Positions 19,797-27,931 of a stretch of DNA of 64,000 nt are shown piece after piece. The notes under the pieces were generated by a model, which worked only from the letters and a program-made list of their open reading frames with translations, did not search any database and was not told where the DNA came from. Source of the DNA: an uncultured Gammaproteobacteria bacterium (GTDB lineage Bacteria > Patescibacteriota > Patescibacteriia > Magasanikbacterales > UBA922); NCBI GenBank assembly GCA_964565405.1, contig CAZMEW010000002.1, positions 20,918-84,917 of the forward strand, written 5' to 3'. A program made the position numbers and the translations under genes. Every line of letters starts with the position of its first letter. The first letter of the stretch is position 1.

Positions 19797-21041
19797 ATGA
19801 TCCAGAAATTAAAAAATACAGTACAACTAGGTATAGTTTTTTTTATTCTAACAATATTTTTTGATGTCGGTGCGGCGCTTGCGGTCACTCCTACAGCACA
19901 AAAAACTTCTCAAGGTGCTGTTGATAGGTATACCTATGAAACAGCCTGTACCAATATCGGAAATACATTGAAGACAGCACGACATATTCTCGTGCCTACG
20001 AACGGATTTGGGGGACGAGTGTCATATGTATATCTGCACGGAAACGATCAGCCGAATGGGTCGGATCTGTGTTCTGGCAAATATCATCTCTGTCAGGTGG
20101 CAGATGAGTTAGCGGAGGCGATTATCATTCCAGAAACCAAAGTTACAGGAAATAGCGTGTCACAAACGGTGAGTAGTGCGCAAATGAAGTGTGTGCTCGA
20201 TGAAGCGCGTGCAGTCATGCTCGCGAATGGAGTAGAACTTCCAGCTACGTATAGTCTGGCTGCGCATAGCGCTGGTGCATGGTTGGCAAATAAAATTGTC
20301 GCGAACAATATTCAGGGCTACACGCTTCAGGATACTCTTATTTTCGATGGATGTTATGGAGGTGGAAATAATGGTACGGGCAGTGGGAACTGGTGTACCC
20401 AAATAGTGGGCAAGGTGCAGAAAATGTATGTGTATTATCAAAATGGTGATGAAGGAACGCCCGCTGGTTCAAAAGCAGTAAAAGATAGTGCGCCAACAAA
20501 AGTCGTGTTATCCGAGGTGGGCGCAACGCATTGGGAACTACCAGATCTGTGCTTTGCCGATCATAGGAGTGGGGATAGGTGTAAGGGGAGGGTAGATGCA
20601 ACTGGGAGAGCAGCTTCGTGTCAGATCGATGTTGATTGTGTAGAGTCGGGTCTCGTCTGTAGGGACGGAAGTTGTGTCAAAGATACTAGTGTGCCAGGTA
20701 CATTAACTCCGCCTACCAGTGGCGGATCTTCGGCACCTTCGGCAGGTACTAGTGGTTGCCGACCTGGACAAGATTGTGTGCCATTGACCAACCCGCTTGC
20801 AACTACGGATATTAAGGTGATAATGGGTAATACCATCAAAGTAGTGATGGGAATTGTCGGCTCGATAACGTTGGTGATATTTCTCTACGGAGGATTTCTC
20901 TGGCTCACATCTGGTGGAAATTCTGAGAAGATTCAGAAGGGGCTTCAAGCCATGCTGTGGGCAGGGATTGGTATCATTGTGGTTTTTAGTAGCTATGCTA
21001 TAATTACGTTAATTTTAACGACCCTACAACAGGCGCCGTAA
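19797..21041 (+). CDS. TrbC/VirB2-like pilin-family protein, paralog 3 (414 aa)
   Basis: C-terminal VVMGIVGSITLVIFLYGGFLWLTSGGNSEK...AGIGIIVVFSSYAIITL. Confidence 0.65.
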   Translation: MIQKLKNTVQLGIVFFILTIFFDVGAALAVTPTAQKTSQGAVDRYTYETACTNIGNTLKTARHILVPTNGFGGRVSYVYLHGNDQPNGSDLCSGKYHLCQVADELAEAIIIPETKVTGNSVSQTVSSAQMKCVLDEARAVMLANGVELPATYSLAAHSAGAWLANKIVANNIQGYTLQDTLIFDGCYGGGNNGTGSGNWCTQIVGKVQKMYVYYQNGDEGTPAGSKAVKDSAPTKVVLSEVGATHWELPDLCFADHRSGDRCKGRVDATGRAASCQIDVDCVESGLVCRDGSCVKDTSVPGTLTPPTSGGSSAPSAGTSGCRPGQDCVPLTNPLATTDIKVIMGNTIKVVMGIVGSITLVIFLYGGFLWLTSGGNSEKIQKGLQAMLWAGIGIIVVFSSYAIITLILTTLQQAP

Positions 21042-21085
21042 TAAAAATATGGAAGTAAAACTTCAAAGGAAGGGAGGTGAAGAAT

Positions 21086-21526
21086 GTGAGTATTAAATCA
21101 AACTTGTTAAAGTATCGAAATGTTTTATTTGCTATAGTAGCAATAGTAAGTGTCTTTACTGTTGCCCCAGTTCAGTTGGCACATGCAGCTGATGATCCTA
21201 ATGATGCAACCGTAGAAGATGATTTCGGACTTGATCCACTTAATGAGCTTAATGTTAGTCAAAGCAAGGACTCAGCTCAGGTAGTAATCGTTCGTATTAT
21301 CAATCTCGCATTAACATTCCTTGGATTAATCGCTGTTATCTTGATCCTCTGGGGAGGATTCAAATGGATGACTGCTGGAGGAAATGACGAGAACGTAGAT
21401 GCGGCAAAGAAAATTATCATTGCAGCTGTAATTGGTCTTGCAATTATCATCTCAGCGTACGCAATCACGAATTTCTTTATTACATCAATCAAGAGTTCTG
21501 TGGAAGGTACTACCCCAGACCTCTAA
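21086..21526 (+). CDS. TrbC/VirB2-like pilin-family protein, paralog 4
   Basis: The GGAGGTG RBS favours a GTG start at 21086; the ORF track uses GTG at 21077. Motif LILWGGFKWMTAGGNDENV. Confidence 0.65.
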   Translation: MSIKSNLLKYRNVLFAIVAIVSVFTVAPVQLAHAADDPNDATVEDDFGLDPLNELNVSQSKDSAQVVIVRIINLALTFLGLIAVILILWGGFKWMTAGGNDENVDAAKKIIIAAVIGLAIIISAYAITNFFITSIKSSVEGTTPDL

Positions 21527-21616
21527 TGATAATAGGGATTTTGGCACCCATACGGGTCTCAGAGTTTTCTCGGCATTATATATGTGTCGAGAAAGCTTTG
21601 ACTCTCATATATTATT

Positions 21617-22045
21617 ATGAAAATGAAAAAAATTTTTACCTCGGTATTGCTCAGTATGTGCCTACTGATATTTTGTGGCTTATATCCAAGCTCTGTGATG
21701 GGAGAAGGATGTGACAAAGAAGGAGATATACTTGGTCTGAACTGCGCAAGCGAGCAATATTCAGGATTGAGTGGTCAGGATCCTCGCGTAATAACCGTAA
21801 GAATTATTAATTTCGCTCTTAGTTTGTTGGGAATTGTATCAGTGATTATCATTCTCTATGCCGGATTTACCTGGATGACTGCTGGAGGAAATGACGAGAA
21901 GGTGGGAAGCGCAAAAAAAATATTGTTCGCCGCTGTCATGGGACTCATTATTATCCTGGTTTCTTATTCACTTACGAGTTTCGTCCTGAGGTCGCTATGC
22001 AAGGCGACCGGATCCTGCGGGACCACCTATGGCATTTTTAATTAG
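21617..22045 (+). CDS. TrbC/VirB2-like pilin-family protein, paralog 5
   Basis: IILYAGFTWMTAGGNDEKV motif. It shares a 29-bp identical DNA stretch with paralog 4. Confidence 0.65.
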   Translation: MKMKKIFTSVLLSMCLLIFCGLYPSSVMGEGCDKEGDILGLNCASEQYSGLSGQDPRVITVRIINFALSLLGIVSVIIILYAGFTWMTAGGNDEKVGSAKKILFAAVMGLIIILVSYSLTSFVLRSLCKATGSCGTTYGIFN

Positions 22046-22053
22046 TAGTTTGT

Positions 22054-22980
22054 ATGAAAAAAAAGTACGGAATAGTCGGCATTATCATTGCTTTTACACT
22101 ATGCATGCTCGGTACTGTAGCGTTTGCTACCAATGATCCGTCATATGGGCTCAATGATACGGCAAAAGCAGCAAAATTGAATACTGAGTCAAGTGTTCCA
22201 ACAATCGCTGGAAACGTAATCGGAACATTATTATCCATGATTTCAGTCCTATTCTTCGTATTGGTACTCTATGGAGGCATACTCTGGATGACTGCCCGGG
22301 GAAGTTCTGAGACAACAGAAAAAGCACTGAATACGATTATTGCTGCAACCATTGGTATTATCATAATCATGGGTGCTTACGCGCTAACCAATTTTGTATT
22401 TAAGCTGGGCGGGAATGTGGGTAGTAGCGGTAGTCAAGAGCAAGGTGATAGTGGAGGAAATAATTCACCAGTCTCAAGTGAGATATGGTGTCTCGCGGTA
22501 GACCGTTGTTCTCAACAGGGTGACAGTTGTCCGAGTGGGACTGATTATAGGTCTCAAGGTGATTGTTTAGCTGCCCTAGAGGAAGAAAGTCCGGCTCCAG
22601 ATGGAGGAAATCAAGATCAATCATATTGCTATAATGATGATGTAGGTACGTGTAATCCTGGTTCTGGTGGAGGGTGTGAAAAAATCTTTACAGGCGGAAA
22701 TGCACAAGCTGAATGTGAAGCATTCAGTGGAAAGAGATGTGGTATCAAAGTATATCAAGGTCAGACCGAGTGTGACTCAATATTTTTAGATTTTGACAGT
22801 AACAAATCAGACTGCGCACTGCCTTACTGTAAGTTGATAACAGATTGTCCTGCTGGCAGTGATTGCACTGACCACAGAGATGGTGTTTGGATGTGCGAAG
22901 ATAACGGGGGGTGTAATAGTCTAAGTAATATACAGTGTGAGAGTACACCGGTATATGCAGAATACTGTGAATTGCAATAA
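22054..22980 (+). CDS. TrbC/VirB2-like pilin-family protein, paralog 6, with a long Cys-rich extension C-terminal to the two-helix domain
   Basis: VLVLYGGILWMTARGSSE...MGAYALTNFVF, followed by about 170 aa containing more than 20 Cys. Confidence 0.65.
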   Translation: MKKKYGIVGIIIAFTLCMLGTVAFATNDPSYGLNDTAKAAKLNTESSVPTIAGNVIGTLLSMISVLFFVLVLYGGILWMTARGSSETTEKALNTIIAATIGIIIIMGAYALTNFVFKLGGNVGSSGSQEQGDSGGNNSPVSSEIWCLAVDRCSQQGDSCPSGTDYRSQGDCLAALEEESPAPDGGNQDQSYCYNDDVGTCNPGSGGGCEKIFTGGNAQAECEAFSGKRCGIKVYQGQTECDSIFLDFDSNKSDCALPYCKLITDCPAGSDCTDHRDGVWMCEDNGGCNSLSNIQCESTPVYAEYCELQ

Positions 22981-22989
22981 ATTTGAGTT

Positions 22990-23379
22990 ATGAAGATAAA
23001 AAAAATAACAAGAATTTCTTTTATCTTTATTTCGTTACTATTTATTTCATTGCAGTTGACTAAAACAGCACAAGCCAAAAAAACCATAGAAGATGCAGGG
23101 TCAGCGCTCGAATCAGCAGTGAATCCGACTGGTTTGCCCAAAGGTGAAGTGGCCACATATATTGGATCAGTTGCACAATGGCTCTTTGGACTACTCGGAC
23201 TATTATTTTTTGGGCTAACACTATACGCGGGCGTGCTGTGGTTTACTGCACGTGGGGAAGATGAGCGAATCGCAAAAGCCCGCCAGACACTCATAACTGC
23301 AATCATTGGGATGATAATCGCAGTTAGTGCCTATGCAATAACCACATTTGTAACCAACGCAGCAATTCTCGGACAATAA
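22990..23379 (+). CDS. TrbC/VirB2-like pilin-family protein, paralog 7
   Basis: LTLYAGVLWFTARGEDER...AVSAYAITTF. Confidence 0.65.
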   Translation: MKIKKITRISFIFISLLFISLQLTKTAQAKKTIEDAGSALESAVNPTGLPKGEVATYIGSVAQWLFGLLGLLFFGLTLYAGVLWFTARGEDERIAKARQTLITAIIGMIIAVSAYAITTFVTNAAILGQ

Positions 23380-23391
23380 TTGTTAACTCAT

Positions 23392-23787
23392 ATGAAAAAA
23401 CAAGTGCAATATTTACATAAGACGTGGTTCAAGATAACTGTGGGTGCACTAACCCTGCTGACCATACCGCATCGTACGATTGCCCAGGGCAATCTCAATA
23501 ATGCAGGTGATAATTTGAAGAATGTCCAAAATGGAATAGGTGGGAATGTGCCAACCGATTTGTCGCTTATGGTTGGGAATGTGATAAAGGTAGTACTGAG
23601 TCTCGTGGGTATTATTTTTCTCATACTTACGGTATATGCCGGCTATCTCTGGATGACTGCGCGTGGTGATGACGAGCAGGTGAATAAGGCAAAAGAAATT
23701 ATCAAGTCATCAATCATGGGACTCTTTATAGTGGTATCCTCATATGCGATTACGGTATTTATTACCTCTAGATTTAGTGGTCAATAA
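23392..23787 (+). CDS. TrbC/VirB2-like pilin-family protein, paralog 8
   Basis: LTVYAGYLWMTARGDDEQVNKAK; start chosen at MKKQVQ. Confidence 0.65.
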   Translation: MKKQVQYLHKTWFKITVGALTLLTIPHRTIAQGNLNNAGDNLKNVQNGIGGNVPTDLSLMVGNVIKVVLSLVGIIFLILTVYAGYLWMTARGDDEQVNKAKEIIKSSIMGLFIVVSSYAITVFITSRFSGQ

Positions 23788-23788
23788 T

Positions 23789-24193
23789 ATGAAAAAAGTT
23801 CACAGTATAAAATATATCATGTTAAGTGTCTTTGTATTTTTGAGTCTAGTAACTCAGACAGCGTTTGCTCAGAACCTAGGCATCGACGATGTACATAAGG
23901 CAGGACAGCAAGCGGGGTATAAGCAAGCAACCGATACCAGTCTGTCAGAAAATATTGGAAAAATTATAACAATTTTATTCTCAATACTCGGTGTGTTGTT
24001 TACAGTCCTTATTGTATATGCCGGCTATCTCTGGATGACTGCGCGTGGTGATGACGAGCAGGTGAATAAGGCAAAAAATATTATTGGTCGGGCGGTGATT
24101 GGAATCATTATTCTACTTATGGCCTACAGTATCACCAACTTCGTGGTTCCACGAGTGATTGAAAGTACTGTACAAACTCCCACAGTCGAGTAA
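23789..24193 (+). CDS. TrbC/VirB2-like pilin-family protein, paralog 9
   Basis: LIVYAGYLWMTARGDDEQVNKAK. A 62-bp stretch is identical to paralog 8. The gap to the previous stop codon is 1 nt. Confidence 0.65.
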   Translation: MKKVHSIKYIMLSVFVFLSLVTQTAFAQNLGIDDVHKAGQQAGYKQATDTSLSENIGKIITILFSILGVLFTVLIVYAGYLWMTARGDDEQVNKAKNIIGRAVIGIIILLMAYSITNFVVPRVIESTVQTPTVE

Positions 24194-24194
24194 T

Positions 24195-24599
24195 ATGTAC
24201 AATCGTTTTAAACAGATTATCATAGCAATTGTATTTGCGTGTTCACTACTACTAGGCACACCTCATTCAACCGTGCAAGCGACCAGTACAGAGCCAGATA
24301 TACTTGAACAGTTGAATGCGGGGTCCAAAGCAGCGGGATATGGTACAAACGCCATCGATCCACGTATCGCCGTAGGAAACGGGATAAAACTCGTCCTTTC
24401 CCTTTTGGGAATAATATTCGTAGTATTAGTTTTTTATGCGGGGTTTCTTATTTTTAGTGCGGCAGGGGATGAAGAGAATATTGCAAAAGCAAAAAAAATT
24501 ATTAGTTACGCGGTCATAGGACTCATTATCATTATATCTGCTTATAGTATTACGAGTTTTATCACGAGCCGGATCGTAGCAGAGACGATCGGATACTAG
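24195..24599 (+). CDS. TrbC/VirB2-like pilin-family protein, paralog 10
   Basis: VLVFYAGFLIFSAAGDEENIAKAKK; start chosen at MYNRFKQ. Confidence 0.6.
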   Translation: MYNRFKQIIIAIVFACSLLLGTPHSTVQATSTEPDILEQLNAGSKAAGYGTNAIDPRIAVGNGIKLVLSLLGIIFVVLVFYAGFLIFSAAGDEENIAKAKKIISYAVIGLIIIISAYSITSFITSRIVAETIGY

Positions 24600-24606
24600 G
24601 TAAAAT

Positions 24607-25155
24607 ATGAAAACAATAAAAAAATTATTAGGTATCGGAGTGTTTATACTCTTTGTTTTGGGTATATTCTCACCTCTAGCGGTACAGGGGGATGCCAATC
24701 CCAAACCTTATCAAGGTTCAGAAATGGAAAGACAACTAAACGCGTTTGGAGGGAGTAATGGGGCGCAGTTGCAGTCGGCGACTGACCCAAGAATCGTAGT
24801 TGCACGACTTATCAAAATATTTTTGAGTGTTGTAGGGGTAGTGGCTGTAGCACTCGGTGCGTATGCAGGGTTTTTGATTATGACCTCAAGTGGAAACGAA
24901 GAAAAAATTGATGTAGGTAAAAAGATTCTCTTATATTGCGTCTCGGGGGTCGCGGTAATGCTCGCAGCCTATAGTATCGTGTATTTCATCTACGTGGGGA
25001 TCTATAAGAGTTTTGAGAATCCTGCATCTTTTGGCTGTGATGGGGGAGTATATGTGAGATCAAATGATTCAGATCTCTATAATCCAGACACTATTCAGGA
25101 AGATACGATCCAGAGCGGGTATGTGGGCGACTCTTTTGAATGGAGATGTAATTGA
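24607..25155 (+). CDS. TrbC/VirB2-like pilin-family protein, paralog 11
   Basis: LGAYAGFLIMTSSGNEEKIDVGKK...LAAYSIVYF. Confidence 0.6.
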   Translation: MKTIKKLLGIGVFILFVLGIFSPLAVQGDANPKPYQGSEMERQLNAFGGSNGAQLQSATDPRIVVARLIKIFLSVVGVVAVALGAYAGFLIMTSSGNEEKIDVGKKILLYCVSGVAVMLAAYSIVYFIYVGIYKSFENPASFGCDGGVYVRSNDSDLYNPDTIQEDTIQSGYVGDSFEWRCN

Positions 25156-26251
25156 GAATACGCCATCCATTAGGTCGCCCAGCTGGGCGACTTTTTTTTG
25201 TCTTTTCTTGAGAAAGATAAGTATGAGTAAGTTCAATGATACGAGCCGGATTGTTCGCATATCCACCAAGACCGTTTTTGATAATATGATTGGTATTAAA
25301 TTCTTCTTGGCCGGGGATAGGATTAATTGCGATAAGCGGAACACCTGCGACTGAGCATTCAGTGGTGGTTAATCCTCCAGGCTTGCTTATAACCACCTGA
25401 GAGGCAGACATAAGGTGGGGAATGTCATCAATCCAGCCTAATGGTCGATACGTAATATGTTCGGGGGGGTGTAATTTTGAAAGTTGGTTAAATAATTTTT
25501 TGTTCTTTCCCGCAATCGCAAATATAGTAACAGGTCGGGAAATATGTGAGAATAAATCTTTGACCGTATGTGCAATTTTAATCATTCCTTTACCACCTGA
25601 AAGTATGAGAATGATCGGTGATGGGGTGGGTAGGTGATATTTTGATCGAATCTCACGAAAAGAATGGGGTTCATAAAACCGAGGATCTACCGGGATACCG
25701 AATTCAAGAATACGGGAGGGGTGTATAGCGTATGTATGTATCAGTTCTTCTTTCATCTCGTGAGTACTTACGACGTAATCAGTATTACCTTCGACTACAC
25801 ACATCGGGTGAATACCATAGTCGGTGATAATCTGAGTAAGAGGAATGACATGATTTTGTTTTTTCATCGCATGCATGAGAATTTCAGCAGGGAGAAAATT
25901 AGTTGTAATAATATGATCAGGATTGAATCGGACCACTTCGTCGAGAAATTCAAATGAATTAAGCATTTTTAAATAATCCGTAAGTGTGTGGTACATTTTG
26001 ATAAATGCTTTATTGTCAGTCAACTTGAATAATGATGACCAGACCGTAGGCAAATGTGAAGCCAAAAAACCATACCCTTCTGCGGTAGCTTTTTTCAGCA
26101 CAGGAGTGATATAGTCAGCAATATCAATATGTCTGCAGATAAGCTCTGGGAAATGAAGTTTGGCAGTATTTTGGAGTGCCAATCCAGCTTGGATGTGTCC
26201 TGCTCCTGCAGAAAGAGATACAATGAGAATTTTTTTTCTTCGAATAGACAT
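25091..26251 (-). CDS. GT28-family glycosyltransferase (MGDG synthase / UgtP-like diacylglycerol glycosyltransferase)
   Basis: N-terminal ILIVSLSAGAGH and C-terminal ISKPGGLTTTECSVAGVPLIAINPIPGQEEFN. Confidence 0.7.
   Translation of the reverse strand: MSIRRKKILIVSLSAGAGHIQAGLALQNTAKLHFPELICRHIDIADYITPVLKKATAEGYGFLASHLPTVWSSLFKLTDNKAFIKMYHTLTDYLKMLNSFEFLDEVVRFNPDHIITTNFLPAEILMHAMKKQNHVIPLTQIITDYGIHPMCVVEGNTDYVVSTHEMKEELIHTYAIHPSRILEFGIPVDPRFYEPHSFREIRSKYHLPTPSPIILILSGGKGMIKIAHTVKDLFSHISRPVTIFAIAGKNKKLFNQLSKLHPPEHITYRPLGWIDDIPHLMSASQVVISKPGGLTTTECSVAGVPLIAINPIPGQEEFNTNHIIKNGLGGYANNPARIIELTHTYLSQEKTKKSRPAGRPNGWRILNYISIQKSRPHTRSGSYLPE
25171..25200 (+). terminator. rho-independent terminator ending the pilin array
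   Basis: GTCGCCCAGC/TGGGCGAC hairpin followed by TTTTTTTT. It lies inside the 3' coding end of the convergent glycosyltransferase gene. Confidence 0.55.
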
Positions 26252-26493
26252 AGATCAGGAGGGGTAGTTCCCGAAGATAAGTATAGCAATTCCATGAAAA
26301 CAATAAAACGCCATGACGGCGTTTTATGGTGAGATCCCCTTAGGGGTGACTAACGGGGCCTGGCCCAAGACTTTCGTATAATAGCAGCTTTATGGAGAAG
26401 GGTGCAATTATTGAATTGTGATGAACTAATTGCGGATAAAGATGATTCTGCGTCTATGGCAGCAGAGCAGGGAAGGTGTTAGAATAGCCGTAT

Positions 26494-27348
26494 ATGCAAA
26501 CTATCATAGTTCCAAAACCAAAAGATAAGAGTCTTACTTCACAGCTCGTGTCGCTCTATAACACATTTAAAGGTCCGTTACATGACGAACAGGTGACTTT
26601 TGATCTGTCTGAGGTGCCATGGGTGTGCCCCGCGTTATTGTTGCCAATCAGCGCATATATTAACTCCACGAGCAGTGAGTATAGTGTGAATACTAACGGT
26701 AACACTGCCGCCTATCTTGAAACAATTAAATTTCCAAAAGGGGTTGATTCAGTGTCAGTTTTTGAAGCACAGACACAAGAGCATAAAACCTTTATTCCTA
26801 TCAGTGTTTTAAAAAAGCAAATGGGGGTAGAACGAGAGCGGCTGGAGTCTATGTTTGGAAAAATGGTAAGTAAAGTCATAGAGGCTGCAACAGGTACACA
26901 AAATGCTATATATTATCCGATTAGTGAATTAGTCACTAATATCTTTGAACATAGTAAAAAAGAGGAAGGATATATTTTTGGGCAATGGTATCCAACAAAA
27001 GGTTATTTGGATATTTGTATTGTGGACCGGGGACGCGGTTTAGCTCAGTCATATAAAGATGAAAAAGACCAGATATTATCAGATGCAGACGCTATCGGTG
27101 CTGTTATGAACGGACAGTCAACTAAAGCAAACAAAGAGCGAGGTTACGGCATACGAACCTCTAAGCAGGTTGTATGCAAAGGATTGAAAGGTGAATTTAT
27201 GCTGGTTTCCGGCTCTGCCGCACTATTAACCACAGAAACAGAAGAGCGTTTGATTGCATTACCGGAGTTTTCATGGCAAGGAGTAATCATCGCGTACCGT
27301 ATACCTAAACCAGAGCACCCTGTTGACATTTCACCGTATTTGGAATAA
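26494..27348 (+). CDS. GHKL/HATPase_c-type ATP-binding protein (RsbW-like serine kinase fold) with an extra N-terminal domain
   Basis: ELVTNIFEHS (N-box), DRGRGL and GYGIRTSKQ (G-boxes). Confidence 0.55.
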   Translation: MQTIIVPKPKDKSLTSQLVSLYNTFKGPLHDEQVTFDLSEVPWVCPALLLPISAYINSTSSEYSVNTNGNTAAYLETIKFPKGVDSVSVFEAQTQEHKTFIPISVLKKQMGVERERLESMFGKMVSKVIEAATGTQNAIYYPISELVTNIFEHSKKEEGYIFGQWYPTKGYLDICIVDRGRGLAQSYKDEKDQILSDADAIGAVMNGQSTKANKERGYGIRTSKQVVCKGLKGEFMLVSGSAALLTTETEERLIALPEFSWQGVIIAYRIPKPEHPVDISPYLE

Positions 27349-27389
27349 AATGATTAATCCGCTATACTAGAAAAGCGGTAACGGAACAT

Positions 27390-27734
27390 ATGAAAGAGAA
27401 CGAAAAACATACAATAGATGTAGAGCAGCTTCTAGCACCAATAATTGGTTCGCGTGATATTGCTGACCGGTTGAAAGAAGCAATTGCAGACGCTCGCACC
27501 AAAGCGGTTGATTTGGATTTCCAAAATGTTGAATTTGTTTCTCGTTCAGCAGCGCATGAGATGCTTTTGATTAAAGAAGTTTTTAATCGTAAAGCTATAA
27601 ATAAAAAAGATGTTTCATTTGTGAATACAAATAAGGCAGTGACGGATATGTTTCGAGTTATTGCGGCAAATCGTGCAATCCCTAAAGCCCCTGCAAATTT
27701 TGATCCTCATCATATCTCGATAAATTCGCTGTAG
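27390..27734 (+). CDS. STAS-like (DUF4325-type) small protein, partner of the upstream GHKL ATPase
   Basis: 114 aa, DLDFQNVEFVSRSAAHEML. Pairs of these two protein types are a recurring module. Confidence 0.45.
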   Translation: MKENEKHTIDVEQLLAPIIGSRDIADRLKEAIADARTKAVDLDFQNVEFVSRSAAHEMLLIKEVFNRKAINKKDVSFVNTNKAVTDMFRVIAANRAIPKAPANFDPHHISINSL

Positions 27735-27756
27735 GCTTAAGTTTTGGTTACAGAAG

Positions 27757-27790
27757 CTCAAGCCTTACAGGGCTTGATTTTTTATTCTTT
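27757..27790 (+). terminator. rho-independent terminator
   Basis: CAAGCC(ttacagg)GCTTG hairpin followed by ATTTTTTATT. Confidence 0.55.
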
Positions 27791-27825
27791 ATAGTGTATA
27801 GTTGTCCAACAAAAGTCCCTGTAGG

Positions 27826-27900
27826 GGTGGCTATGGTGTAGTGGTAACACAGAGGTTTGTGGTACCTTTATCACGGGTTCGATCCCCGTTAGCCACCCCC
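27826..27900 (+). tRNA. tRNA-His (anticodon GTG) with encoded G-1
   Basis: G-1, acceptor stem GTGGCTA/TAGCCAC, D-arm GTGT..ACAC, anticodon loop TTGTGGT, T-arm ACGGG TTCGATC CCCGT, discriminator C. Confidence 0.8.
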
Positions 27901-27931
27901 ACCGGGATTTTTCTTTTTTAAAAGTTTTTTT

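Noticed and set aside
25064-25354. 96-aa plus-strand and 91-aa minus-strand ORFs overlapping the glycosyltransferase 3' region
   Set aside because: They lie inside or antisense to the GT28 gene. The region is better explained by the terminator hairpin and the GT tail.
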